In this document: in pieces, positions 1-10,697 of the stretch
How the letters are laid out: every line of letters starts with the position of its first letter
Position numbering within the stretch: the first letter of the stretch is position 1
Origin: an uncultured Muribaculaceae bacterium
Lineage (GTDB): Bacteria; Bacillota_I; Bacilli_A; RF39; UBA660
Direction: 5' to 3'
DNA: 60,276 nucleotides
NCBI GenBank assembly: GCA_964630365.1
Contig: CAZVUP010000006.1
Location: forward strand, 1 to 60,276
The notes under the pieces: model-generated
What the model was told of the DNA's origin: nothing
Database searches by the model: none
The model's input: the letters and a program-made list of their open reading frames with translations, nothing else
Made by a program: the position numbers and the translations under genes

Positions 1-682
1 TATCATTATCTCTTCTATAAACGTTTGCTCTTGGGTTATCCCATGAACGGAATACTGCCTTAATAGCTCCCATTAATTGTTCTTTTGGATCAGTTGGGAA
101 TTCACTACCTATCTTTTTCTTATATTCATCTTTGAATTCTCTAGCTAATTCTTTTAAATCATTAGCATCTAATTCAACATCTTGTTTAACACCTTTTTTA
201 TCTTTCATCTTGTCAATTAATTCTTCAAAATATTTCTTTCCAACTTCCATAACAACGTCAGAATACATTTGAATGAATCTTCTATAACAATCCCAAGCCC
301 ATCTTGGATTATTACTTTTTTTAGCAATAGCTTCTACTACATCTTCATTTAATCCTAAATTAAGAATAGTATCCATCATACCAGGCATTGATGCTCTAGC
401 TCCACTTCTTACAGAAACTAGTAATGGATTTTCTTTATCTCCAAATTTCTTGCCAGTTATTTCTTCCATCTTCTCAATATATTCATTGATTTGAGCTTGA
501 ATTTCTTCATTAATCTCTCTTCCATCTTCATAATATTGAGTACAAGCCTCTGTTGAAATTGTAAATCCTTGTGGAACTGGTAGTCCAATATTAGTCATTT
601 CTGCTAAGTTAGCACCTTTTCCGCCAAGAAGTTCTCTCATGTCAGCATTACCTTCGCTGAATAAGTAAACATATTTATGCAT
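1..682 (-). CDS. ppdK: Pyruvate, phosphate dikinase, N-terminal part (runs off window start)
   Basis: Manual translation from ATG at 682: [47 protein letters not shown]...[25 protein letters not shown], the classic PPDK N-terminus; SD AAGGAGG upstream. Not in the ORF track. Confidence 0.96.
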   Translation of the reverse strand, partial: MHKYVYLFSEGNADMRELLGGKGANLAEMTNIGLPVPQGFTISTEACTQYYEDGREINEEIQAQINEYIEKMEEITGKKFGDKENPLLVSVRSGARASMPGMMDTILNLGLNEDVVEAIAKKSNNPRWAWDCYRRFIQMYSDVVMEVGKKYFEELIDKMKDKKGVKQDVELDANDLKELAREFKDEYKKKIGSEFPTDPKEQLMGAIKAVFRSWDNPRANVYRRDND

Positions 683-751
683 TATGATTCCTCCTTATAA
701 AAACATACATGTATAGTATAACAAATCAATACTTTCTAAACAAGATAAATT

Positions 752-781
752 AAAAAAAAGTAAAGACTTGACTTTACTTTT
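752..781 (-). terminator. Intrinsic terminator after the cvpA-like gene
   Basis: AAAAGTAAAG/CTTTACTTTT inverted repeat with a U-run on the minus strand. Confidence 0.7.
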
Positions 782-796
782 GGCATTTATTTTGGA

Positions 797-1510
797 TTAA
801 TAGTTTTCTAAAATTGAATCAATATTATCAATATCATCCAACTTATGTAATTTAACTAATTCTTCTATTTCACTCTTGCTAGTAATGTTGTGTTTAAGTA
901 TTATATCTAGTATTTTTAAATTAGCACTATTAGTATCAATATTATCTTCAGCAACATTTTTTCCAACAGCATATATTTCATTAACACTATCAGTAAACTC
1001 CTTAGAATTTTCTGATAATACAGGGGTATGATATAACATTGTATTTATCATTTGACTTTCATAAAATATTGGTTGATTATTTAAAAATAACATCAAAACT
1101 ATAAATACTGCAAATAAGACAATATATCCTTTTATTAATGATACTATTCCTCCTAGTATTTTTGATGGAATAATAAGAATTATTGTTAAATTAACTATTT
1201 TTTGAAGTACTTTTGATATTTTTAATAGCAACGAATAAATTAGTAATAGAATACTAAAAGTAATTATAAAGGCAACAGTTTGATAGAACAAAATATTGAT
1301 TGTTGATAGTCCGGCTATTACTCCAGTAAATTTAAAAAATGGTAATAATGTGCAGAAAAAGTTGCCAAGTATTCCTTTCAACGAATACGATAAAATAAAG
1401 ACTATAATAATACCTACTAATGATACTAATTCTCTAATAACACCATGTTTGAACCCCACTATAAATGACGTAACTAATAATAATATTATACCTATATCAA
1501 AAACATTCAT
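797..1510 (-). CDS. CvpA (colicin V production) family membrane protein
   Basis: MNVFDIGIILLLV..GFKHG.IRELVSLVG N-terminus, four TM segments, SKILGGIVSLIKGY motif; divergent from rnhC as yshB is in Bacillus. Confidence 0.85.
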   Translation of the reverse strand: MNVFDIGIILLLVTSFIVGFKHGVIRELVSLVGIIIVFILSYSLKGILGNFFCTLLPFFKFTGVIAGLSTINILFYQTVAFIITFSILLLIYSLLLKISKVLQKIVNLTIILIIPSKILGGIVSLIKGYIVLFAVFIVLMLFLNNQPIFYESQMINTMLYHTPVLSENSKEFTDSVNEIYAVGKNVAEDNIDTNSANLKILDIILKHNITSKSEIEELVKLHKLDDIDNIDSILENY

Positions 1511-1558
1511 ATAATCACTCCCTACTATATATTAATTATAAACTATTTATAAAAATTA

Positions 1559-1567
1559 TGCTATAAT
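1559..1567 (+). promoter_or_regulatory. Extended -10 promoter (TGcTATAAT) for the mTERF-like/rnhC operon
   Basis: TGCTATAAT ends 15 nt before the ATG at 1583. Confidence 0.55.
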
Positions 1568-1582
1568 ATTTTTGGTGATATT

Positions 1583-2725
1583 ATGTTTGAAGAGTATATG
1601 TTAAATCTTGGATATTCAAGTGATGAAATAAACATGCTAAAAAATACATATCCTATCAAGAGACAAGCAGAAGCAACCCTTCTATATAATATGAAAAATC
1701 TTTTTAAATATTTTACAAAAAATGGATTGAATAATTCTGATATTATTAAAATTACCCTTGCTGTTCCTAGTGCTATTTGTATTAGTATTGAAGATATTAA
1801 AATTAGAGTTAAGGATTTAATGAGTTTTGGTTTTAATAAGATATTTACATTTGAATTAATAAAAAACTATCCTTATATTTTACAATTAAATAGTGAAAAA
1901 ATAAAATCTGGTATTGATAATTTATTAGAATTAGATTTCAGGCCCAAAACTATCACTAATTTAATAATTAATTATCCGCCAATTTTAACATTTAGTCCTA
2001 ATATTTTAAAAAAATATGTTAAATTATTTTTAGATTATGGTTATGATAATGATGATGCTGTCTATTTACTAGCCCAAAACTATAATTTTTTTGATTTAGA
2101 ACTTAAAGATATTAAAGAAAAAATAGCAAGTTATGAAAATTTAGGTTTTTCAAATACTGATGTTATTAAGATTACTAAGTATCTGCCTGATTTATTTAAT
2201 ATAAGTATGGAAGAATTTAAAAATAAATTTATGCCTATTCTAGAGTTAGGTTATGATGATAATGGTTTATGCAATATTATTAGGAAAGTCCCATTTATTG
2301 TAACTGACACTTACATCGAAAAGTCTCATAATTCTATTGAATTTTTTAAGAAGATTGGATTTGCAATTAGTGATATAAAATCTATGATAGATATTGATTT
2401 ATATGTTTTATTTTATGAAACAGATTTCTTAGAAAGTAAAATTAACATTTTTAAGTCTAAGGGATTTGACATGGTTGATATAATTAAAATAATATCCAGT
2501 TGCCCTATCGTATTTGGATTTAGTGAAGAATCACTCAATGATAAATTAGATTTTTATTTAAGTATTAATCATAAAGATTATTTAATAGAAAATGGTAAAA
2601 TATTATTTTTTAACTTAGATTTGATTAAGGAAAGATATAGTTATTTATCTAGTAATAATCAATATCTTGATTATTTATTTCTTACTGGTACTGAATTTGA
2701 TAAAAAATTGGGAGGAGATATTTAA
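1583..2725 (+). CDS. mTERF-like alpha-helical repeat protein (9-10 repeats of about 35 aa)
   Basis: Repeats L..lG(F/Y)s..di.kii...P.il..s.e.ik.k, e.g. LMSFGFNKIFTFELIKNYPYILQLNSEKIK and FKSKGFDMVDIIKIISSCPIVFGFSEESLNDKL; mTERF-like C-terminal cap IKERYSYL...LFLTGTEF. Confidence 0.75.
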   Translation: MFEEYMLNLGYSSDEINMLKNTYPIKRQAEATLLYNMKNLFKYFTKNGLNNSDIIKITLAVPSAICISIEDIKIRVKDLMSFGFNKIFTFELIKNYPYILQLNSEKIKSGIDNLLELDFRPKTITNLIINYPPILTFSPNILKKYVKLFLDYGYDNDDAVYLLAQNYNFFDLELKDIKEKIASYENLGFSNTDVIKITKYLPDLFNISMEEFKNKFMPILELGYDDNGLCNIIRKVPFIVTDTYIEKSHNSIEFFKKIGFAISDIKSMIDIDLYVLFYETDFLESKINIFKSKGFDMVDIIKIISSCPIVFGFSEESLNDKLDFYLSINHKDYLIENGKILFFNLDLIKERYSYLSSNNQYLDYLFLTGTEFDKKLGGDI

Positions 2726-3108
2726 TGGATTATTTAATTAGATTTGGTTTTTCAATTGATGATATTAAAAATATGATGGATACAAATATTTATATTGGTA
2801 ATGTTAGTGATAGTATGATTAAACAATTAATTACGTTATTAGAAAAATGTTCTTGTTCTAGAGAACAAATACGTGATATTTTATTATGTAATCCTTTTTA
2901 TCTTAGTCAAGGAATAAATAATGTTAAGGAAATAATTGAATTTTTGAAAAAGTTTGGATTTAAAAATTTGAATCAATTATTTTGTATTAATCCATATCTT
3001 CTTAATTTAGGTTATTCAGAAATTTTGGTAGTTATTGATAATTTAAAGAAAAAGAATTTAAATGAGAAAGAAATTATTGATTATTTTAATTATAATTTAA
3101 TTATATAG
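2725..3108 (+). CDS. Short mTERF-like repeat protein (about 3 repeats)
   Basis: YLIRFGFSIDDI, SREQIRDILLCNPFYL, FLKKFGFKNLNQLFCINPYLL; TAATG stop/start overlap with the upstream gene. Confidence 0.65.
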   Translation: MDYLIRFGFSIDDIKNMMDTNIYIGNVSDSMIKQLITLLEKCSCSREQIRDILLCNPFYLSQGINNVKEIIEFLKKFGFKNLNQLFCINPYLLNLGYSEILVVIDNLKKKNLNEKEIIDYFNYNLII

Positions 3109-3118
3109 GAGAAAAATT

Positions 3119-4030
3119 ATGAATGTTGTTATTAAAGTAAATGATGAAATAAAAGAAAAAATGATTGAATATTATAAAGATAAAAAACGTGATAAAGTAA
3201 TTCCTTATGTTGTTTTTCAGGCGCAAGAGGAAGATACTGTTATTACAATGTATGAATCTGGTAAAGTTATGTTTCAAGGTGTATCTGCTGATGTTGATGC
3301 TGCTATGTGGGGGGTTGCGTTAGAAAACACTAAAGAGAAAAAAGAAGAAAAGAAAAAATCAAACAAAAAGTATTATAATTGTAATGCAGTTGGTTCTGAT
3401 GAAGTTGGTACGGGTGACTACTTTGGTCCTATTGTTGTTACTGCTTGCTATGTTACAAAAGATGATATTCCTTTTCTTGAAGAACTTGGAGTTGGTGATT
3501 CTAAAAAAATTGATGATTCTAAAATATTAAAAATTGCTCCGCAACTTGCGAAAAGAATTAAATATAAAAGTATCATTTTGACTAATAAAGAATACAATGA
3601 AAAATATACTAAAGATGTAAATATGAATAAAATTAAAGCTATTATGCACAATAAGGTATTATATGATTTAGTTAATTCTGAAAAGCCTAAATATGACTAT
3701 ATTATTGTTGATGAGTTTGCAAGAGAAGCAAGGTATTATGAATATTTGAATGATCAAATAGCTGTTCAAAGAGGAATTACTTTCATGACTAAGGCTGAAG
3801 ATATTAGTCCAGCTGTCGGGTGTGCATCAATTATAAGTAGATATTTATTTTTAAAAGAATTTGATAAATTAGCTGATAGTATCCATATACCTCTTCCTAA
3901 AGGTGCTGGTAAAGATGTTGATGCAATTGGTGAAGAAGTTGTTGAAAAGTATGGAGAAGAAAAACTAAAAGAAATTGCTAAAGTTAATTTTAAAAATACT
4001 GATAGAATTTTACATACATTAATATATTAA
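3119..4030 (+). CDS. rnhC: Ribonuclease HIII
   Basis: N-terminal TBP-like domain (ITMYESGKVMFQG), GSDEVGTGDYFGP, GDSKK, VDEF, KAE...ASIISRY, LPKGAG, AKVNFKNT. Confidence 0.95.
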   Translation: MNVVIKVNDEIKEKMIEYYKDKKRDKVIPYVVFQAQEEDTVITMYESGKVMFQGVSADVDAAMWGVALENTKEKKEEKKKSNKKYYNCNAVGSDEVGTGDYFGPIVVTACYVTKDDIPFLEELGVGDSKKIDDSKILKIAPQLAKRIKYKSIILTNKEYNEKYTKDVNMNKIKAIMHNKVLYDLVNSEKPKYDYIIVDEFAREARYYEYLNDQIAVQRGITFMTKAEDISPAVGCASIISRYLFLKEFDKLADSIHIPLPKGAGKDVDAIGEEVVEKYGEEKLKEIAKVNFKNTDRILHTLIY

Positions 4031-4059
4031 AAAACAATTCAATTAATGAATTGTTTTTT
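4029..4059. terminator. Bidirectional intrinsic terminator
   Basis: AAAAACAATTCA...TGAATTGTTTTT between convergent genes. Confidence 0.8.
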
Positions 4060-4062
4060 ATT

Positions 4063-4713
4063 TTAAGCAGCTGGTTGTGGTTGTTCAACTACTGGAGTAG
4101 CACTTTCTTGACTAGTCTTGATATCATTCAAGAATTTAGTTTTAGCAGTTGTATAATATGGTGCTAACCAAATAAGAATTAGTCCTAATGTAAATGGTAT
4201 TAGTAGTGTCCAACCAATAAATGATAAGTTAAAGACGAAATAATCCATTTTATGACCGTTCATCATCTCTTCACTTTTTTGTAAAACTGCTTTGTACCCT
4301 AAATCTTTGTACTTATCATCAGCAAGTAAGAATGGTACTAAAGAATAGGCAAATGCCTTAATTATACCTGGCACAATTAGAAGTAATGCCCATAAGAATA
4401 TGAATATACATTGTAGTAAATTTACTAAGAATATTCTTATATAGTCTTTTGTAAAATAGAACAAATCTTTAAACTCATGTTGTTGATCATTAATGAATTT
4501 AACCATAAAGTAGACAAGTCCTACTTGTACGAAGTATAAGAATATACCTAAATTTACTCCTCCTTCTACTGAAAAACCATTTTCTGTTTGCACTACTTTT
4601 TGACCAATTGTAAGACTTGTTAAAATGCTTGCAACAAGAATAGGTACTAGTAATTCCCAAATCTTACCTTTAATCTTTTCTTTGGACCATTTTTTAATTT
4701 CTGCTCCGTTCAT
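4063..4713 (-). CDS. DUF975 family membrane protein
   Basis: LWALLLIVPGIIKAFAYS..PF, S..MM.GHKMDYFVFNLSFIGW, LIWLAPY motifs. Confidence 0.88.
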   Translation of the reverse strand: MNGAEIKKWSKEKIKGKIWELLVPILVASILTSLTIGQKVVQTENGFSVEGGVNLGIFLYFVQVGLVYFMVKFINDQQHEFKDLFYFTKDYIRIFLVNLLQCIFIFLWALLLIVPGIIKAFAYSLVPFLLADDKYKDLGYKAVLQKSEEMMNGHKMDYFVFNLSFIGWTLLIPFTLGLILIWLAPYYTTAKTKFLNDIKTSQESATPVVEQPQPAA

Positions 4714-4782
4714 TTTCTCACTCCTTTACTTTATAATTAAATTCTACCATAATACATTTACAAATACCATAAAAAAATACAG

Positions 4783-5277
4783 TTAGGTCTGTATTTTTTT
4801 TCTTATATATATTACATGCCGATATTTAATACTATTTTCTTCATGACTAGATAATACTTCCTGGTTCCATTCATCATGATTAAACTCGGGAAAATAAGCA
4901 TCAGCTTCACTTTCTTCAGCAGAGATTTCAGTTAAAATTAGTTTGTTTGAATATTCTAAAAATTGTTTATAAATACTTGCTCCACCTATGATCATCAATT
5001 CTTCATAATCTTTTGCTAAGTCTAATACTTCTTCAATAGAATGGCAAATTGTTATCTCTTCATCAAGTTTTATATTTTTACTAGTTAAAACAATATGCTT
5101 TCTTTTGGGTAACATTCCTGGAAGTGATTCAAAAGTTTTTATTCCCATAACTATTGGTTTATTAATTGTTTGTTCTTTAAAGAACTTTAAATCCTCTTTT
5201 AAATGCCATATTAATTTATTATCTTTTCCTAATTCATTATTTTTGCCAATTGCAGCAATCATTGTAATATTCATCAT
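4783..5277 (-). CDS. folA: Dihydrofolate reductase
   Basis: IAAIGKNNELGKDNKLIWHLKEDLKFFK, VMG.KTFES, LPKR, IIGGASIY, ADAYFP. Confidence 0.96.
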   Translation of the reverse strand: MMNITMIAAIGKNNELGKDNKLIWHLKEDLKFFKEQTINKPIVMGIKTFESLPGMLPKRKHIVLTSKNIKLDEEITICHSIEEVLDLAKDYEELMIIGGASIYKQFLEYSNKLILTEISAEESEADAYFPEFNHDEWNQEVLSSHEENSIKYRHVIYIRKKIQT

Positions 5278-5278
5278 A

Positions 5279-6457
5279 CTAAATACCTAATGGGAATTTT
5301 AATTGAGGATTTTTTTCTTTTATTAGATCCCTTGGATAGTCAGTAATCTTTATATCATTTGGCATGTAATCTTCAAATCTTTCTACTTCTTCATTTAATT
5401 CAATATTTGCTCCACATGTAATCGGTTCTCTATTTAACATTTCAATTGCTTGAGCAATATGCCTATCATATATTTGAACATTAACAGGCTTCCAAGTAAA
5501 TGTTCCAGCAATAAGTCCTAATTCTTTAGCGACTAATTTTAATAATACTGAATACTGGACTTGATTTATACATCCTGCTGTTGCAAAATCACTTGATCTT
5601 TGAACCATTGTCATATCTAGATAATCTGTACCATCCCAGTCATGGCGAACATTCCAAATTGTTAGGAAAGCACAAGGTTTTAGGCCATGCTTTTCATTAA
5701 AATCATCTTGTTGCCAAAGGCAGGTAATATTTCTTCTTCCATCCATATTATTTTTTATTTGTTCTATTACTTCTTTTTTTAGCATGTGTCTACGTCTTAC
5801 TGTTTCGCCATAACAAGCTCCTATTGTGGGATGTCCTTTATCATTTAGAATGAAATTTCCTGCATCATCTTTTAAAGCCCAATCTACCCACCAGTTATTT
5901 ATCTTATGATCTTCATCCCAAGTCTTTTTACCTAATAATTCATCAAACTCTACTAAATCATTACTTTCTCTTTGATAAATCCAAAGTATTTCAGCAATTG
6001 ATGCTTTGGTTGCGATTGGTCTAAGAGTTGTCATTGGAGACTCTCCTTTTGACAAGTCATAAGTACATTCAATGCCAACATTAACACTAATTGTATGAGC
6101 TGGAACCCATAATTCTATTCCATTTTCCTTCTTAATAACTTTATCATTTTTACATACTTTTATTTTTTCTTTTGAAGAAGTTATGATTATATTTTTTTTC
6201 TCATCATAAGTTGCTCCTTCATAAAAGTCTTCGTAATGAGGGCGTGGATTATGGTCAAGTGCGCCTTCTTGCAATATTTTATCAAATATTACTTTTGTAT
6301 ACATATCTCCTTTAGTGCCTATTCTTTTACCATTCTCATCTACGAGATAACCATTTTTTATTTTAGGCTTCTTATAATTTTTTGTTTTTAGTTTTATTGG
6401 TTGTTCCCCTAATTTTTCTTTTTCTAAATTTAATCTTTTTAAGTCAAAACTACTCAT
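5279..6457 (-). CDS. thyA: Thymidylate synthase (Streptococcus-like type) with N-terminal extension and insertion
   Basis: YDLSKGE.P.TTLRPIA, catalytic GLKPCAF, QRSSD, INQVQY, QIYDRH, PQLKFPLGI; adjacent to folA. Confidence 0.92.
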   Translation of the reverse strand: MSSFDLKRLNLEKEKLGEQPIKLKTKNYKKPKIKNGYLVDENGKRIGTKGDMYTKVIFDKILQEGALDHNPRPHYEDFYEGATYDEKKNIIITSSKEKIKVCKNDKVIKKENGIELWVPAHTISVNVGIECTYDLSKGESPMTTLRPIATKASIAEILWIYQRESNDLVEFDELLGKKTWDEDHKINNWWVDWALKDDAGNFILNDKGHPTIGACYGETVRRRHMLKKEVIEQIKNNMDGRRNITCLWQQDDFNEKHGLKPCAFLTIWNVRHDWDGTDYLDMTMVQRSSDFATAGCINQVQYSVLLKLVAKELGLIAGTFTWKPVNVQIYDRHIAQAIEMLNREPITCGANIELNEEVERFEDYMPNDIKITDYPRDLIKEKNPQLKFPLGI

Positions 6458-7577
6458 TTGAACCTCCTATTAGTTTATTATGTTTATTTATTATAATTAA
6501 TCCGCTAATTGCAAATATTATAATTAAGTTTAGACCTATACTTAGTCCACTTAGTGTTTTTGGATTAAGCACTTTATACTCAATAGATATTTTCACACTA
6601 CTAGTAGGCATTATAAAGTAATATTCATCTTCTGTTCCTTCTACTTTTTTATATTCAATTCTATTATTTTTTTCATCTAGAATAACTATTTCTTTTAATT
6701 TATCTAGTTTTTTCACCTTAAAGTGAACTTCTGTTCCCTGTTCTATATTTTCTGTCATTAATTCTAGTTCTTTTTCTTTATAGTCTACAGATACATCGTT
6801 TGGAAACTCAAAAGTATAAGAAATGCCATCTGTATCTTGATTTGTTAATATCCAACTATATGTATTTGAATCCTCATCTTTTTCAGTTGAATTCTCACTT
6901 TGCATTTTTCCTTTATCGAGTTTCAGAATATAGATAATGCTACTATTATCCTTTCCAGATTCTAGTGTTGATATTTGATTGTTGTTTCCAGATTCTTGTG
7001 CTTGACGTATTGCATCTTCATATCTAGTCCAGGTCGGTTCGTCTGTATATAGTTGTAAAAATTTAGGATCATATGCAAAATCAGCATTATAGATTTTAGA
7101 ATGATCAGTAGTTTTGCAGTCAAATATTCCTTTTTCTAATATATCTTGTAAATTTCCTGATAGAAAGTCTCCAACATCAAATTTTTTTTCTAATGGTTCT
7201 TTAATACAAAGGTCATCAATTTTTTCAACAGTATATTTTAATTCTAGATAAGAATTTTTTAGTGGTTCTTGTTTTAATGTTTCGTCTTCATTTATTTCTG
7301 CTTGTTGTTCTATCTCTTCTTCTTTAATTGATACTTCATATCCTTGTTCTTCGAACATTTTTATTAAATCATAACGGCGAGTTGGAACAATCCAATTTCC
7401 ATAATCCATATCACTTTCGGCATACAAAATATCTATTGTAAATGATTCGTCAGCATTAACAGTATTACCAAAATGATAGGTCACTCCACAACCAAGCATA
7501 GTAATACATATGAAAACACAAATGATTGAGACAACTATAGGTTTAATATGTTTTTTCATATATTCACTACCCTTCAT
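6450..7577 (-). CDS. Surface protein: lipobox-like N-terminus plus C-terminal NPKT-TM-basic tail
   Basis: MKKHIKPIVVSIICVFICITMLGC; C-terminus LNPKTLSGLSIGLNLIIIFAISGLIIINKHNK. Confidence 0.6.
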   Translation of the reverse strand: MKGSEYMKKHIKPIVVSIICVFICITMLGCGVTYHFGNTVNADESFTIDILYAESDMDYGNWIVPTRRYDLIKMFEEQGYEVSIKEEEIEQQAEINEDETLKQEPLKNSYLELKYTVEKIDDLCIKEPLEKKFDVGDFLSGNLQDILEKGIFDCKTTDHSKIYNADFAYDPKFLQLYTDEPTWTRYEDAIRQAQESGNNNQISTLESGKDNSSIIYILKLDKGKMQSENSTEKDEDSNTYSWILTNQDTDGISYTFEFPNDVSVDYKEKELELMTENIEQGTEVHFKVKKLDKLKEIVILDEKNNRIEYKKVEGTEDEYYFIMPTSSVKISIEYKVLNPKTLSGLSIGLNLIIIFAISGLIIINKHNKLIGGSNE

Positions 7578-7632
7578 TCTATATCAATTATAATATGAAT
7601 AAGAAAAATATACAAAGAAAAAATGACTAAAT

Positions 7633-8781
7633 CTAGTCATTATCTTCTGTAAATTTATTGAATCTTCTTATTTCATCTGTTTCTAGGTCTGTTGCTGATA
7701 ATTTTTCAATTAATTGTTTTTGTTCGCGTGATAGTTTCTTTGGAGTATATACTTTAAATATCACATACATATCTCCTTTGTGATGGCGATATGTGTTATC
7801 TACTCCTTTTCCTTTTATACGTTGTTTATCTCCACTATTGGTTCCTGCTGAAACATTTAATTTTACATTTCCATATAGTGTAGGAATCTCTTTCTTACAG
7901 CCTAATATGGATTCTGTTATTGTTAGTGGAACTTCTAAATAGATATCATCTTCATCTCTGACAAAATATTTATGTTCATCAACAACAAATTCAATATATA
8001 AATCTCCATTTTCACCGCCATTTGAACCTGGGTTACCTTTGCCACTAATTCGTTGACGGTCACCAGTATTAATTCCTTCAGGAATGTTAATCGTGATTTT
8101 TTTATTTTTTCTAACTCGTCCTTTGCCAGAACATTCGCTACATTTTCTTTTATATGTCTTCCCAGTTCCATTACAATCTGGACATGTTGTTTTTGACATG
8201 AATGATCCAAGAATAGTTTGTTGTTGTGTCGTAATTGTTCCCTTTCCGTGACAAGTCGAGCATTCCTCACGGTCAAAACCACCATGGCCATGGCATTCAT
8301 CACAGTCTTCTACAACATCAATGCTAAACTTTTTTTCACAACCATATATTGCTTCGTCAAAAGTCAAATCCATACGCATTAAGATGTCACTTCCACGTGT
8401 AGCTCTTGGTCCAGATTGGCGTCCACCGCCAAAACCAGAAAAACCGCCAAAGCCGCCTGATCCTCCAAATATTGAATCGAATATATCGCCAAAATCAAAG
8501 TCAGCGCTGTCAAACCCTGAAAAGCCGCCAAAACCACCTGCCCCACCAGCTGAATTTACGCCAGCGTGACCATATTGATCATACATTTTTCTTTTATTTT
8601 CATCGGATAATACAGAATATGCTTCTTGTACTTCTTTAAATTTTTCGCCTGCTTGGGGATCATCTTTGTTTAAATCCGGGTGAAATTCTTTAGCTTTTTT
8701 TCTGAAGGCACTTTTTATTTCTGCTTCTGTTGCACTTTTTGTTACTCCTAAGACATCATAATAATCACGTTTTTCTGCCAC
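7633..8781 (-). CDS. dnaJ: Chaperone DnaJ (likely start GTG at 8781)
   Basis: J-domain HPD, G/F-rich region, four CxxCxGxG repeats. Confidence 0.98.
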   Translation of the reverse strand: MAEKRDYYDVLGVTKSATEAEIKSAFRKKAKEFHPDLNKDDPQAGEKFKEVQEAYSVLSDENKRKMYDQYGHAGVNSAGGAGGFGGFSGFDSADFDFGDIFDSIFGGSGGFGGFSGFGGGRQSGPRATRGSDILMRMDLTFDEAIYGCEKKFSIDVVEDCDECHGHGGFDREECSTCHGKGTITTQQQTILGSFMSKTTCPDCNGTGKTYKRKCSECSGKGRVRKNKKITINIPEGINTGDRQRISGKGNPGSNGGENGDLYIEFVVDEHKYFVRDEDDIYLEVPLTITESILGCKKEIPTLYGNVKLNVSAGTNSGDKQRIKGKGVDNTYRHHKGDMYVIFKVYTPKKLSREQKQLIEKLSATDLETDEIRRFNKFTEDND

Positions 8782-8803
8782 TTTCTCACATCCTTTTAGC
8801 AAA

Positions 8804-8835
8804 TATTAAGTAGTCACTAGGACTACTTAATACTT
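8804..8835. terminator. Stem-loop between dnaK and dnaJ (partial terminator or mRNA stabiliser)
   Basis: TATTAAGTAGTC actag GACTACTTAATA perfect inverted repeat. Confidence 0.65.
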
Positions 8836-8837
8836 AA

Positions 8838-10679
8838 TTATTCTTCTTCAATATCTGCTTCTTCTACATCGTCTTTTTTCTTTTTTGCTTTTTTAGATTC
8901 TTTTTCAGCATCTTCATCATTATCTGCTTGTTCTTCTTGACGTTCTTTTGCAGCTTGTTCATAAACTTTTGTTGCTAAAGCCATTGCTTTTTCTTGAAGT
9001 TTTTCTTTTTCTTCTCTAATTTCATCAATATCGCCTTTTTCTAAGGCTTTCTTTAAATCTTTAATTAAATCTTCTGCTTCCTCTACTTCTTTCTTATCAG
9101 CTTTATCACCTAAGTCTTTAATAGCTTTTTCTGTTTGGAAGACCATTTGTTCAGCTTCATTTCTAAGCTCTGCTTCTTCTTTACGTTTATTATCAGCTTC
9201 TTTATTTTCTTCTGCTTCTTTACGCATTTTTTCAATTTCTTCATCTGTTAAATTTGTACTTGATGTAATAGTAATTGATTGTTCTTTGTTGGTTCCTAAG
9301 TCTTTAGCTTTTACATTAACGATACCATTTTCATCAATATCAAATGTTACTTCAATTTGAGGAACACCACGTGGTGCTGGTGGAATATTTCCTAATTGGA
9401 ATCTTCCTAATGTTTTATTATCAGCTGCCATACTTCTTTCACCTTGTAAGATGTGAATATCAACAGCTGGTTGATTATCAGCAGCAGTTGAGAATACTTC
9501 TTTCTTAGATGTTGGTATTGTTGTATTTCTAGGTATTAATGTAGTCATAACTCCACCTAATGTTTCAAGTCCTAGTGATAATGGTGTTACATCAAGTAGT
9601 ACGATATCATTAACATCACCAGTTAAAACTCCACCTTGAATAGCTGCTCCCATTGCAACTGCTTCATCTGGGTTAACTTCACGTGAAGGTTCTTTTCCTA
9701 ATTCTTTTGTTATTGTTTCATATACAAGTGGTACACGAGTTGATCCACCAACAAGAATTACTTTATCAATATCTTTTTTAGATATTTTAGCATCTTTAAT
9801 AGCCTTTTTAACTGGTTCAATAGTAGATTCTACTAAATCAGATATTAAGTCTTCAAATTTAGCACGAGATAGTGTCATATCTAAATGTAGAGGTTCACCA
9901 TCTTTATCTTTAGCGATAAATGGTGCTGATACTTGTGTTGATACCATTCCTGATAAATCTTTTTTAGCTTTTTCAGCAACTTCTTTTAGACGTTGCATAG
10001 CCATATTGTCATCACGTAAGTCTACATCGTTTTCTTTTTTAAATTCTTTTACTAAATAATCAATAATTCTTTCATCAAAGTCATCTCCACCTAAGTGGTT
10101 ATTTCCGCTTGTTGATTTAACTTCAAACACTCCGTCACCTAATTCTAGTATAGATACATCAAATGTTCCTCCACCTAAGTCATATACTAGGATTGTTTGT
10201 CCTTCATCTTTTTCTAGACCATAAGATAGAGCTGCTGCTGTTGGTTCATTAATAATTCTTTCTACTTCTAAACCAGCAATTTTACCAGCATTTTTAGTTG
10301 CTTGACGTTGTGAATCGTTAAAGTATGCAGGTACTGTAATAACAGCCTTTTCTACTTTTTCTCCTAAATAGCTTTCGGCATAATCTTTAATATATGATAA
10401 AATCATTGCTGATATTTCTTCTGGTGTATATTTCTTATCTTCTAATTTAACTTTTTCGCTTGTTCCCATTTTTCTCTTAATTGAGATAACAGTATTTGGA
10501 TTTGTTAGTGCTTGACGTTTAGCAGCTTCACCAACAATCTTTTCTCCTTTTTTAAAAGCTACTACAGATGGAGTTGTTCTACCTCCTTCTGGATTTGGTA
10601 TTATTTTAGGTGCTCCTGCCTCTAATACAGCAGCACATGAATTTGTTGTTCCTAAATCTATTCCTATAATTTTTCCCAT
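8838..10679 (-). CDS. dnaK: Chaperone DnaK
   Basis: [29 protein letters not shown], Gram-positive-type N-terminal deletion. Confidence 0.99.
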   Translation of the reverse strand: MGKIIGIDLGTTNSCAAVLEAGAPKIIPNPEGGRTTPSVVAFKKGEKIVGEAAKRQALTNPNTVISIKRKMGTSEKVKLEDKKYTPEEISAMILSYIKDYAESYLGEKVEKAVITVPAYFNDSQRQATKNAGKIAGLEVERIINEPTAAALSYGLEKDEGQTILVYDLGGGTFDVSILELGDGVFEVKSTSGNNHLGGDDFDERIIDYLVKEFKKENDVDLRDDNMAMQRLKEVAEKAKKDLSGMVSTQVSAPFIAKDKDGEPLHLDMTLSRAKFEDLISDLVESTIEPVKKAIKDAKISKKDIDKVILVGGSTRVPLVYETITKELGKEPSREVNPDEAVAMGAAIQGGVLTGDVNDIVLLDVTPLSLGLETLGGVMTTLIPRNTTIPTSKKEVFSTAADNQPAVDIHILQGERSMAADNKTLGRFQLGNIPPAPRGVPQIEVTFDIDENGIVNVKAKDLGTNKEQSITITSSTNLTDEEIEKMRKEAEENKEADNKRKEEAELRNEAEQMVFQTEKAIKDLGDKADKKEVEEAEDLIKDLKKALEKGDIDEIREEKEKLQEKAMALATKVYEQAAKERQEEQADNDEDAEKESKKAKKKKDDVEEADIEEE

Positions 10680-10697
10680 AATTAATAATCTCCTTTT

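Noticed and set aside
5279-6457. Intein or intron in thyA
   Set aside because: The frame is uninterrupted, and the insert is short and lacks C/S...HN splice motifs.
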